The position numbers and the translations under genes were made by a program. From contig DATGWP010000239.1 of the NCBI GenBank assembly GCA_035299425.1, positions 1,259 through 65,258 of the forward strand: 64,000 nucleotides of DNA, given 5' to 3'. The notes beneath the pieces are model-generated. The model saw nothing but the letters and a program-made list of their open reading frames with translations, was not told the DNA's origin and searched no databases. This DNA comes from Chitinophagales bacterium (GTDB taxonomy: Bacteria > Bacteroidota > Bacteroidia > Chitinophagales > LD1). Of this stretch, positions 9,712 through 19,109 are shown one piece after another (position 1 is the stretch's first letter; each line of letters opens with the position of its first letter).

Positions 9712-9867
9712 AGCAGTTTTTTACTGAACCATTTTTATCCTTTAGACTGGCTTAAAGATAAATGTAATAATAAACTTATAGCAATGTGCCTGATGCAGGC
9801 AGCCGCTTTGTTTAAGTGCGGAAAGTAGACATTGCGGGTTGCAAGGTGGCAGAGATATACTAGTAGT

Positions 9868-9922
9868 GTAGCCTTCAAGGTCGACTTATCGAACTTTTAT
9901 AGTGACATTCAATTGGTTAGTT
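9868..9922 (-). repeat. cassette-boundary repeat, copy A (core GTAGCC plus X arm, no hairpin)
   Basis: GTAGCCTTCAAGGTCGACTTATCGAAC is identical to copies at 31028 and (one mismatch) 18839. The following roughly 30 nt are about 75% identical by eye. Confidence 0.7.
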
Positions 9923-10316
9923 TTTATCAAAGCAACTTCACTTGACAATATGCTGCGACCTGCCTTTGGACTTCATAAAGCATTCACACCTTAGCTTCTT
10001 CTGTAAATCAATTAAGCAAAATAGATAGGGCAAATAGCAATAAATTATTACGCCCTCTTACAACTATATACCAACCTAAAGCATCAGATTTATTTAAGAG
10101 TAAAAGCACATTGATTTAACCTTATACAATCAGGCAGTAGATGTTTTTGGATAGTAGACCACATATTCCGTTACAGCAGGTAGCTACACTAATAAAAAGG
10201 CTATTCGCAACAAACAACGTATTGGTAAAAAGAGCCGCTGCCCTTTCATTTAACATTATGCCAGCTTGCTGTTTTTTTATATGTGCTGCGCTTAATAATA
10301 CTTTATCAATCAATAA

Positions 10317-10345
10317 AAGCCCGGAATGTTTTCGGGCTTTTGCAT
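10317..10345 (+). terminator. orphan terminator-like hairpin just upstream of the cassette-1 operon
   Basis: AAGCCCG-GAATGTTTT-CGGGCTT followed by TTGCATTTT. It is also flanked by an A-run on its 5' side. It lies 20 nt before the ATG at 10365. Confidence 0.45.
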
Positions 10346-10364
10346 TTTAAATACGGCAATTGTT

Positions 10365-13300
10365 ATGAATTTTAGAAAAATAGAAATAGTACGCTTAATA
10401 TTTACTCTGCTGGCAATAAGCCCGCTGGTTACACCTGTTACGGCTCAGGTGGTAATTAATGAGGTAATGCATTACCCATCTACGGCACAAGGCATAGTAG
10501 CCAGTGGAACGGAGTATGTAGAATTGTTTAACACTAATCCCTGCCAGGCTGTAGATATAAGTTGTTTTATATTAGGGTGTGCAGATAACGATGGAGGTAT
10601 TGTAAACAATGCCGGTAGTATTGTTATTCCATTTGGTACAGTGATCCCTCCTTATGGTCATTACGTAATCGGAACTTCGTCCTCATCTGCTAACCCCGCA
10701 TCTGTTGATTTTAAAACTAATACTAACACGGGTAATTATTGTACGGTTGGTAATTTTGTATTGGCCAATGGCGATGGCTGGGTAGCGCTATACAACGCAA
10801 GCGGCATACCGGTAGATGCATTGTACTGGACTGTTAGTGCAGGTGAAGCAAATAAGGTAGGTACCGATACTGACTTTGACGACAACCCCTGTACACCCCC
10901 TACTGTAGCTAACTGTGTGGCTATATCAACCACCTTGCCTTCGGCAAAGCAGATATTTCAGAACTACCCCTCAGCAATTAGTTATATAGGCCAATATGTA
11001 AATGCTAATACTATTAGTAGAATACCCGATGGCGGTACCTGGACACGCGTTGTTGCCCCATCTATAAACGATGCCACAGTGGGTAACTGTAACGGAGGTA
11101 CTTGCCTTACCCCAAGCGGCATAACATTTACAGCAACCAAAGTTAACCCTACCTGTGCTGGCAGCAATGGTAGTATTACAATAAGTGTTACCCCGGCTGG
11201 CAACGCAACCTATAACTGGAGCGCCAATGCAAACACCGGCAATGCAGCCACTGCATCTAACCTTAATACGGGCACCTATTCTGTTACCATTACACAAAAC
11301 GGTTGCACCAAAGACACCTCCATAACTCTTACCGCCCCTTCAAATCTTGCTTTAGTTATCAGCAACCCGGTAAACCCCACTTGCGCAGGTAATGATGGTT
11401 CATTAACTGTAGCGCTTTCAGGAGGCAGCGGTCCATACACTATCACGGTAGATACAGGTAGTTCATCGTACAATTTTACAAGCCCTGTTGCTGGTCAAAT
11501 CAATCAGGGCAACCTGCCAGCCGGCACTATCAGCATCAGCGTTATAGACGGTAGTGGCTGTACCGCCAGTGCCAGCACAACACTTACTGCACCGGCCAAC
11601 TGTTGTAACCTGTCGCTATCGGCGGCTGTGGTACAACCTACCTGTGGCCAAAGTAACGGAAGTATTTCTGTTACTCCACAGAGCGGCTCAAGCAGCTACA
11701 GCTACAATTGGGCTGGCGGGCAAAGTACAAATGCGGTAACCGGTGTGGCCGCTGGCATTTACCAACTAACCTTAACCGATAACAGCACAGCCAACTGTTT
11801 TATAGATACATCTTTTACGCTAAACTCTAATAGCTCGTTAACAATAACTATCAGTAATGTGGTAAACCCTACCTGTGCCGGCAACAATGGTTCATTAACT
11901 GTAGCGCTTTCAGGAGGCAGCGGGCCATACACAATTACGGTTGATACTGGCAGCGCATCGTATAATTTTACCAGCCCGGTAGCAGGCCAGGTTAATCAGG
12001 GCAACCTGCCAGCCGGCACTATCAGCATTAACGTTGTAGATGGTGGGGGCTGTACTGCCAGTGCCAGCACAACTCTTACTGCTCCGGCCAACTGTTGTAC
12101 ATTTACCGTATCTGCCAATAGTACACAACCGGGCTGCGGTACAGCAAACGGCAGTATAAGCCTTACAGTAAGTGGCGGCTCTGGCAATTACGCGTATAGC
12201 TGGAGCAATGGGCAAAGCACAGCTTCACTATCTGCCCTGCAGGCAGGTACATACCAGGTTACCATTACCGATAATGCTTTTGCCGGTTGCACACGCGATA
12301 CGTTGTTTACACTATCCAACCCCAACAGCCCTGCTATTAACACACTAAACCTGGTGCAGGAAACTTGTCAGGGCACCAGCGATGGTAGTATAACAATAGT
12401 TGCTTCGGGTGGTTCTGGCTCACTATCTTATCAATGGAGTGCTAACGCTGCTACCGGTAACTTGGCCACGGCTGCTAACCTTACCGCCGGCCAGTACTAT
12501 TTTACAGTTACCGATGCTGCCAATTGCCAAACCAGTGGCAGTGCAACTATACAAAGTGGTATTTGCTGTAATCTGCAAATTGCTGTAAACGCAACGCCTA
12601 CTACCTGCGGGTTCAGCAATGGAGATATATCTGTACAGGCTATTAACGGCAGCACACCTTATAACTATGCACTTAAACCCGGCCCACTGCAACCCAATAG
12701 CTTCTTTGATCAGCTACCAGCGGGCTCTTATGAAGTACTGGTAGTTGACAACAACGGCTGTGCAGATTCTGTCAGTATAACAGTAGCTGGCAGCACCAAT
12801 ACGCTTGCTATAGCGTTTACTACAACCGGTGTATCGTGCAATGGTGGTGCAGATGGCACAGTAGCCAGTACTGTTACTGGAGGCAGTCCGCTTTATAGCT
12901 ATGCCTGGAGCAACGGAAGTACCAACAGTACTATTAGCGCAGTTTCGGCAGGGCAGTACATTGTTAGTGTAACAGATAACGATGGGTGTAGTGTAACAGG
13001 CACAGCAGCTGTTTCGCAACCAGCACCGCTTGTTGTTACGCTTGGTAATGATACGTCTATCTGCACAGGCAACCAGTTGAATATTGAAGCGCCTGCAGGC
13101 TATCAGGCATATAGTTGGAGTAATGGTGAAACCGGCAACCAGATACAGGTAAGCACAACAGGCCTGTACACCCTAACCATTACCAATAGCAACAACTGTT
13201 CTGCATCTGCTTCTGTAAACATTAATGTGGCTATACCTGTAAAACCGGACTTAGGTAGCGATATAAGTGTAATCGAAGGGGAAAGTACTTTGCTATCGGC

Positions 13301-13751
13301 AACCAACATATCTGGCGCAAATGGAACCTACCTTTGGGCTCCTGCACAAACATTAAGCTGTAGTAACTGCAGTGCGCCAGTAGCTACACCAGCTACAAAT
13401 ACATTTTACACACTACTGTATATAGATGGCAATAATTGTACAACCGGCGATACCATACTGGTTAATGTAACGCCGGTTGGTAGTGTATTTTATCCTACAG
13501 CATTCAGCCCCAATGGAGATGGCAATAATGATACCTACCGTGTACTGGGTGCCAGCCCAAAATTTTTCAGGTTGAAAATTTTTAACCGCTGGGGCGAACT
13601 GGTATTTGAAAGCAGTAACATAAACGATGAATGGGATGGTATCTATAAAGGGTTACCGCAACCTATGGCTGTATATGTTTATTCATCCACAGTAACCCTT
13701 CAAAACAACCAAACCCGCGACTATAAAGGAAGCATAACATTATTACGATGA
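10365..13751 (+). CDS. giant surface protein: lamin-tail domain, SprB repeats and a T9SS type-B (CHU_C/gliding-associated) C-terminal domain
   Basis: The start is moved to ATG 10365 (MNFRKIEIVRLIFTLLAISPLVTPVTAQ signal), because the ORF-track start lies inside the hairpin. The LTD pattern is VINEVMHYPS...EYVELFN...GWVALYN. There are at least 8 SprB-like repeats (NPTCAG.NGS...Y.W.......L..G.Y.VT..D..GC). The C-terminus is FYPTAFSPNGDGNNDTY...NRWGELVFES...WDG. Confidence 0.85.
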   Translation: MNFRKIEIVRLIFTLLAISPLVTPVTAQVVINEVMHYPSTAQGIVASGTEYVELFNTNPCQAVDISCFILGCADNDGGIVNNAGSIVIPFGTVIPPYGHYVIGTSSSSANPASVDFKTNTNTGNYCTVGNFVLANGDGWVALYNASGIPVDALYWTVSAGEANKVGTDTDFDDNPCTPPTVANCVAISTTLPSAKQIFQNYPSAISYIGQYVNANTISRIPDGGTWTRVVAPSINDATVGNCNGGTCLTPSGITFTATKVNPTCAGSNGSITISVTPAGNATYNWSANANTGNAATASNLNTGTYSVTITQNGCTKDTSITLTAPSNLALVISNPVNPTCAGNDGSLTVALSGGSGPYTITVDTGSSSYNFTSPVAGQINQGNLPAGTISISVIDGSGCTASASTTLTAPANCCNLSLSAAVVQPTCGQSNGSISVTPQSGSSSYSYNWAGGQSTNAVTGVAAGIYQLTLTDNSTANCFIDTSFTLNSNSSLTITISNVVNPTCAGNNGSLTVALSGGSGPYTITVDTGSASYNFTSPVAGQVNQGNLPAGTISINVVDGGGCTASASTTLTAPANCCTFTVSANSTQPGCGTANGSISLTVSGGSGNYAYSWSNGQSTASLSALQAGTYQVTITDNAFAGCTRDTLFTLSNPNSPAINTLNLVQETCQGTSDGSITIVASGGSGSLSYQWSANAATGNLATAANLTAGQYYFTVTDAANCQTSGSATIQSGICCNLQIAVNATPTTCGFSNGDISVQAINGSTPYNYALKPGPLQPNSFFDQLPAGSYEVLVVDNNGCADSVSITVAGSTNTLAIAFTTTGVSCNGGADGTVASTVTGGSPLYSYAWSNGSTNSTISAVSAGQYIVSVTDNDGCSVTGTAAVSQPAPLVVTLGNDTSICTGNQLNIEAPAGYQAYSWSNGETGNQIQVSTTGLYTLTITNSNNCSASASVNINVAIPVKPDLGSDISVIEGESTLLSATNISGANGTYLWAPAQTLSCSNCSAPVATPATNTFYTLLYIDGNNCTTGDTILVNVTPVGSVFYPTAFSPNGDGNNDTYRVLGASPKFFRLKIFNRWGELVFESSNINDEWDGIYKGLPQPMAVYVYSSTVTLQNNQTRDYKGSITLLR

Positions 13752-16276
13752 AAACTATATATATGAAAAATTACCGCCAATCAGTACTAACCTTGTTTGT
13801 TCTGTTGCTATTTGTAATTAGCAATGGCCAGATACTTACCGAAAGTTTCGATTCAACATCGTTTCCACCCGCAGGCTGGAGCAATGTACGCATTGCTGGT
13901 TTTGCATCGCCGGGCACATGGCTGAGAGTTGCTGCAGGTACTAACCCTACCTGCACACCGCACTCTGGCGCAGCTATGGCTTATTTTAATTCATATAGCT
14001 GGAGCGGTGGAAACGCTTCTGACTTAGCTACACCTACTCTTGATTTTTCATCGGGCACATTTGCAGTATCGTTCTGGATGTATCGCGATGGAGGACAAAC
14101 TTCAAAGTACGATAGTGTGGCAGTATATGTAAATACAACAGTTTCATCTGCAGGTGGCACGCGTATAGGCCTGGTAAACAGAGCTGGTAATCTTTCCCCT
14201 GCAGTGCAGGCCGACGGCTGGTACCAATATACGTTCAACATACCGGCATCATATAGCACGGCAACTAATCATATCATATTTAAAGCAACATCCGATTTCG
14301 GCAACCGGATGTATATAGATGATGTTACAGTGTACTTGTTTACCCCACCCACAGATGTGGACTCTGTAACTGCTACCAGCCAGCAGGTATGTACAGGCAG
14401 CCAGCTTACCTTACACGCCAATGGTATTGATGGTGCCGTATACTGGTATGCCGATTCGTGCGGTGGCACCAGTATTGCTACCGGCGATGGCATTACAGTT
14501 TCGCCCTCACAAAACACCACTTACTTTGCCCGTAATTTTAACAATAATCTGTTTAGCATTAACTGTGCATCGGTTAGCATAACTGTAAACCCGGTGTATA
14601 ATACCGTGGTATACGATACCATATGTGCCGGGCAAAGCTACTTACTACACGGAGGCCAACACGCAGATACAACAGGAACGTATAGTATTAACCAGCTAAG
14701 TGCCGCTGGCTGCGATAGTAACACTACAGTATACCTTACTGTACGTCCTGCAACCTATGGGGCATTGCAGCTAACAGGTTGCGCCGGCAATACTATTACC
14801 TATAACAATAAATCATATACGTCGGCAGGGGTGTTTGCCGATACGCTTGTTAATTACTATGGCTGCGATAGCATTGTAACACTCACAATAGCATTTACAC
14901 CAGCCATTACTACCAACGTCCAGCAAACTATCTGCTTTGGCGATACATTCCTGTTTAATGGCAATGTTTATTTTGAAAACGGCACCTATTATGATACACT
15001 AACAGCAGCAAATGGCTGCGATAGCATACTAACCATAACCATAACACAGTTACCTCTGGCAACAGGTAGTATTGCACTTAGCAGTTGCTTTGGCGGTTCG
15101 GTAGAATATAACGGAGAATTTTACTCCTCTACAGGCACTTACACCGACACGCTTACTGCCACTACCGGTTGCGATAGTATTGTAACTATACAAGTGGCAA
15201 TTAATGCGCCGCTGGCTTCGGCTGTTAACTTTACTATCTGCAATAATGATTCGGTGTTGTATAGCAATAACTATTATTACACAGCGGGCACATTTTACGA
15301 TACCCTTACAGCACAAAGCGGTTGCGATAGTTTTGTAACCATTATTATTACACAGCTTCAGGTTCTCTCATCCACTGTAAATTTTGCCTTATGCCAGGGC
15401 AGCAGTATTGAGTATAATGAACGGGTATATTCCATAGCAGGTACCTACACTGATACTTTAACAGCTACAAGTGGCTGCGACAGCATAGTTGCTATACAAA
15501 TTGATGCATTGCCGGCAAACTCGTCAAACGTCAACCTTAGTATCTGCCCGGGCGATTCGATAGTTTACAACAACATAACCTATACTACAGCAGGCAGCTA
15601 TACAGATACCCTTGCAGCTGCTACCGGCTGCGATAGTGTGCTATACATTAACGTAAATACACTGCCACTAATAACCAGTACGGTTAATATTACTATATGC
15701 CCCGGCGACAGCGCCTTTTATAATGGTAGTTATTACTACGCTGCCGGCACGTATACCGACACACTTTCCAGTATTTACGGCTGCGACAGTATTAGCCTGA
15801 TAAATATATCTACCTATAATGTAGACACCCCTGTGGTGACGCAAAACGGTCAGGTACTGGAAACCGGTATTTACAACTCATACCAATGGCTTAAAGACAA
15901 TAGCCCTATATCAAATGCTAATGGGCAAACCTACGCTGTAGCACAAAACGGCAACTACGCTGTTTTAACCACCGATGAAAACGGTTGTACTGCTATATCG
16001 CAGGCTGTTAATGTAACCGGTACGGATATACAATATAGTGCGGATAGCCGTATTACATTGTACCCTAACCCCGCAAACACTACCCTATACTTTAAAGGGC
16101 TTAAAATTAACTGCACCTACAATGTTATGATTTATAACCCCATTGGGCTGTTAGTTACTAATAGCTACCTAACAGCAAGTAACGGTTTAGATGTAAGCGG
16201 TTTGCCATCAGGTGTGTATACTCTTTCTTTGCAAAGCGGATTGGAGGTTGTACATTACACTTTTATAAAACAGTAG
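13748..16276 (+). CDS. T9SS type-A cargo: choice-of-anchor-J-like N-domain plus about 10 GCDS-motif repeats
   Basis: 842 aa. ATGA overlap with the upstream stop. The N-domain is ESFDSTSFPPAGWSN...MYIDDVTVY. A repeated roughly 45-aa module follows (C.G.S...NG..Y...GTYTDTLTA..GCDSIVT). The CTD is LYPNPANTTLYF...GVYTLSL. Confidence 0.85.
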   Translation: MKTIYMKNYRQSVLTLFVLLLFVISNGQILTESFDSTSFPPAGWSNVRIAGFASPGTWLRVAAGTNPTCTPHSGAAMAYFNSYSWSGGNASDLATPTLDFSSGTFAVSFWMYRDGGQTSKYDSVAVYVNTTVSSAGGTRIGLVNRAGNLSPAVQADGWYQYTFNIPASYSTATNHIIFKATSDFGNRMYIDDVTVYLFTPPTDVDSVTATSQQVCTGSQLTLHANGIDGAVYWYADSCGGTSIATGDGITVSPSQNTTYFARNFNNNLFSINCASVSITVNPVYNTVVYDTICAGQSYLLHGGQHADTTGTYSINQLSAAGCDSNTTVYLTVRPATYGALQLTGCAGNTITYNNKSYTSAGVFADTLVNYYGCDSIVTLTIAFTPAITTNVQQTICFGDTFLFNGNVYFENGTYYDTLTAANGCDSILTITITQLPLATGSIALSSCFGGSVEYNGEFYSSTGTYTDTLTATTGCDSIVTIQVAINAPLASAVNFTICNNDSVLYSNNYYYTAGTFYDTLTAQSGCDSFVTIIITQLQVLSSTVNFALCQGSSIEYNERVYSIAGTYTDTLTATSGCDSIVAIQIDALPANSSNVNLSICPGDSIVYNNITYTTAGSYTDTLAAATGCDSVLYINVNTLPLITSTVNITICPGDSAFYNGSYYYAAGTYTDTLSSIYGCDSISLINISTYNVDTPVVTQNGQVLETGIYNSYQWLKDNSPISNANGQTYAVAQNGNYAVLTTDENGCTAISQAVNVTGTDIQYSADSRITLYPNPANTTLYFKGLKINCTYNVMIYNPIGLLVTNSYLTASNGLDVSGLPSGVYTLSLQSGLEVVHYTFIKQ

Positions 16277-16278
16277 TA

Positions 16279-17625
16279 TTGAAAGGTAAGCGTCTATTTG
16301 AATTATTAATCTGCTTAAATAAAACAGAACACCGGCAGTTGGTTAACCAATGTAAGCTGTCGTTGGATAAACGCGCGGCTGATTTACTTACATTACTTAA
16401 TCATCGCAATCTGAACGATAAGGTATTTGAAAAAATACTATGCAATATAAAAAGCAGCCGTAGCTTTAAAAGTCAGCAAGAAGCCGATAAGTACATTCGA
16501 AGATGGATAGACTATAGTTGTAAGGAGATAGAAGCGCTAATAATCAAAAACACGTTTTCCGCCCCTGCCAACAGGTATCATCAGTTGGCCTCCCATTACG
16601 ATGCGTTAAATAATAGCACGCTAGCGCATTACTACACTTTCGAAGCAATTGCAATTGCAGAAGCACAAGACGACCACCAAACGCTTATTGATATGTACGA
16701 CATACAATTGCGTTGGCTTGGCAGAAATCAGAACAAGCAAAATATCCGGCAGATTGATGCACTGCTTGGGAAAAGGAAAAAAGCAGCGGAAAGAGCATAC
16801 CACAAGGCCATGTCATATTTTTATACAGTATGCTCATCGTTATACATAGATAATCCGTACAATCAGGCTTACATCAAAATAACTCCGGATAAGCAGGAGT
16901 TTGAAAATCTACGTAACGGCACCGACGACGAATACTCTCAAATACTATATACCTTATCTGAAGTAAGGTTTAGCTTTTACAACAAACCTGTATTTGAGCG
17001 TAGTATCAAAAACCTGTTTAATCAAATAGCTTCAAGTGGCCTTACAACTAAACAAAAAGAATACCTCGAACGAAGTTGCCGGTACATAAGGGTAATTGGC
17101 GGACTATACTACGGATATTCTATAGATGTTATGATTGCTGATACAGAGCGCATACTGGATATAATGCTTAAAAACAGGATATACGACACAGTAAGTTTCT
17201 TTTTTCTGCTTTTTTTCCTGCTAATTAAAAATGATGTATCCAGATATAATTTTCTGCTAAACAAGTATGGTACTGTGTTTTTTAGCAATACCAGCAATGA
17301 TTACTTGCTTTTACTGCAAGTCCTTAAAGATTATAAAACCTGTAATGATTTTTTAATGCCGGAAGCTTTACAACAAGCGAGCTACTCTACTAATTTGTAT
17401 GTAGCTGCCTGGAGTAAGCTGTTAGAGCTTGCTACATATAAAAACAGTACACGTTTACATGCATCGTTGGTAAAACGCATTAAGCGCTTTAATAAGTTGA
17501 ATAACACCCTGAAAATAATAAACCACCCGCTTACTATTTTGCTGGAGTGTATAGATAGCAAAAAGAACGTTTCGCCGGCAATATTTGAATACTATCAGTG
17601 GGTTCTGCAGCTACAAAACAAATAG
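16279..17625 (+). CDS. all-alpha hypothetical protein (cassette-1 member of the one-per-cassette set)
   Basis: 448 aa with a TTG start 2 nt after the upstream stop. It is Leu/Lys/Tyr-rich and helix-like throughout, with no signal peptide. The N-terminus LFELLICLNKTEHRQL weakly resembles LHELIHALDKNEKKFL of the 29402 gene. Confidence 0.55.
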   Translation: MKGKRLFELLICLNKTEHRQLVNQCKLSLDKRAADLLTLLNHRNLNDKVFEKILCNIKSSRSFKSQQEADKYIRRWIDYSCKEIEALIIKNTFSAPANRYHQLASHYDALNNSTLAHYYTFEAIAIAEAQDDHQTLIDMYDIQLRWLGRNQNKQNIRQIDALLGKRKKAAERAYHKAMSYFYTVCSSLYIDNPYNQAYIKITPDKQEFENLRNGTDDEYSQILYTLSEVRFSFYNKPVFERSIKNLFNQIASSGLTTKQKEYLERSCRYIRVIGGLYYGYSIDVMIADTERILDIMLKNRIYDTVSFFFLLFFLLIKNDVSRYNFLLNKYGTVFFSNTSNDYLLLLQVLKDYKTCNDFLMPEALQQASYSTNLYVAAWSKLLELATYKNSTRLHASLVKRIKRFNKLNNTLKIINHPLTILLECIDSKKNVSPAIFEYYQWVLQLQNK

Positions 17626-17692
17626 GGCAATACCGGAAAAAATGAAATCCACTTAATCAAATTTATGTTGTTATACAATGTAAATTTGGTCT

Positions 17693-18674
17693 GTGTACGG
17701 ACTTACAAAAAAGCATATATTTTTTTTACTGGCAGCAGTACAAATATCTATTGTCAGAGCACAAAATGTAGGTATCGGAACAAACAATCCGCAAACTAAA
17801 TTACATGTAGCAGGGGCAATAAGTGTTAAACCCTCTTACCAAACAGCAGGCAACACTATTACAATACCCGACAATTACTCCATAGTCCGAATTTCTGATA
17901 ATGGGAGTAATTCAACAAATAACGCAGTAATTGCTAATGCTGTAGAGGGTCAATATCTTACTATATACAACAAAGATGCAGAATCTGTAAGCTTTTACGG
18001 CTATTTCATCACTGCTTTAAATGGTGTTTCATCTTTTGCTTTTATTGATAATGCCTGGCGATTAATTGCCAGTAACAATTTGGGGGGGAACTACAGGAGC
18101 TACCGGTGCAACCGGTAGTATCGGACCGGCAGGTGCCACTGGCCCTGCCGGTGTTACCGGCCCATCCGGAAACACCGGCATCACAGGCCCAACCGGCGCT
18201 ACTGGTGCAACCGGATCTGTTGGGGCAACTGGTCCGGGAGGCTATACACTAGTGGTTGGGCACGCAAACACTAGTTTGCTAAAAAACAGTACTTACGTTA
18301 CAGGTGGGGCTTTTGACTTTGCAGCGTTAACCGTGTTTAACGACCGTCCCTCCCGGCAAACTATAGCTCCTGCTTCGGGGCAAATAAAGAGTATACAGGT
18401 AAATAGCGCCGTGGCGGGAACTTTGGCAGGTTCATCTAACGATAATTTTACCATGCTGGTTAAAAACATCACGCAGAATACCAGTCAGAATTTTGTAACT
18501 AATTATGGGTTAAGTTCCGGAAACCTTACCAGTGCATCGCGTTTAGACAACTACACTTTAAATACACCCCTTAATGTTAATGCAGGAGATAAAATTCAAA
18601 TACAAATAATCACCCCCAACTGGACAACAGAGCCTACCGGAGTGTATCAAAAATTTACCATCTACATTGAATAA
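17693..18674 (+). pseudogene. collagen-like triple-helix surface protein split by a frameshift at a G7 tract (ORFs 17693..18118 and 18066..18674)
   Basis: ORF1 carries a signal peptide, the [16 protein letters not shown] tail-fibre-type motif and an N-domain ending ...[14 protein letters not shown]2 in the +1 frame continues [21 protein letters not shown]... (about 17 Gly-X-Y) plus a 140-aa globular head. Deleting one G of 18082-18088 joins them in frame. Confidence 0.7.
18082..18088 (+). repeat. homopolymeric G7 tract at the frameshift point
   Basis: TTGGGGGGGAAC read directly from the sequence. Confidence 0.9.
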
Positions 18675-18722
18675 GTTATAGCCGATAGTGCTTCCGGATG
18701 GTAGTGCGTGATTTAGAAAACA

Positions 18723-18896
18723 ACACTTATCCAACCACACGGATGAATTCTGTTATCCTTCAAATCTCTCAACTGGCGCAGGTTTCAGCCGAAAATAAAA
18801 AACGGAATTCTTCTAACAATAAGGAGAATTCCGCTAGGGTAGCCTTAAAGGTCGACTTATCGAACCTTTGGAGTGATATTCAGCTAGTTAATTCTT
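18723..18896 (-). repeat. cassette-boundary repeat, copy B (F arm, hairpin, core and X arm)
   Basis: 18723-18844 aligns with 36727-36848 (107/122 identical by hand count). The hairpin CGGAATTCT-N15-AGAATTCCG lies at 18802-18834. The core GTAGCC is at 18839. The X arm runs to about 18896. Confidence 0.8.
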
Positions 18897-19109
18897 TTAT
18901 AAGGATCTTTTTGCCTTAGATACATGATCCAACTTAACTCATACCATTAATCTTGTTCATCAAACTGCCTGTTGATTATACTAACCAAATTGAGTGTACA
19001 TGACTACCCCAAAAATCTATAAACTAAATGCCATCGGGCTTAAATTTAACGTCCTAGTCTTTTGTAGACTCAGCTTTCAAAAAAACCATCCAAATTTACA
19101 CTGGTTTGT

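Noticed and set aside
10122-10350. 69-aa and 63-aa ORFs in the 9.9-10.3 kb intergenic region.
   Set aside because: They overlap each other on opposite strands and end inside the terminator hairpin. They have no signal or domain features. If the region is anything, it is more likely non-coding leader or sRNA.
10326-10364. Extended N-termini given by the ORF track (10326, 24580, 29381, 34858, 40303, 55207).
   Set aside because: In each case an internal ATG gives a canonical signal peptide or a conserved N-terminus. The extension overlaps a hairpin, intergenic repeat or promoter-like sequence, so the starts were moved downstream.
18698-18919. Three small ORFs (18698-18919, 30932-31150, 36648-36881) share a conserved 'peptide', ENKKRNSS.I.ENSA.VA.KVDLSNLWSDIQ.VNS.
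   Set aside because: The conservation is at the DNA level. It spans a perfect inverted repeat (GCGGAATTCT.../...AGAATTCCGC gives KRNSS...ENSA) and, in the third copy, the ORF runs antisense across the 3' half of the tRNA gene. The ORF ends are not conserved. I treated these as the boundary repeat, not as coding sequence.
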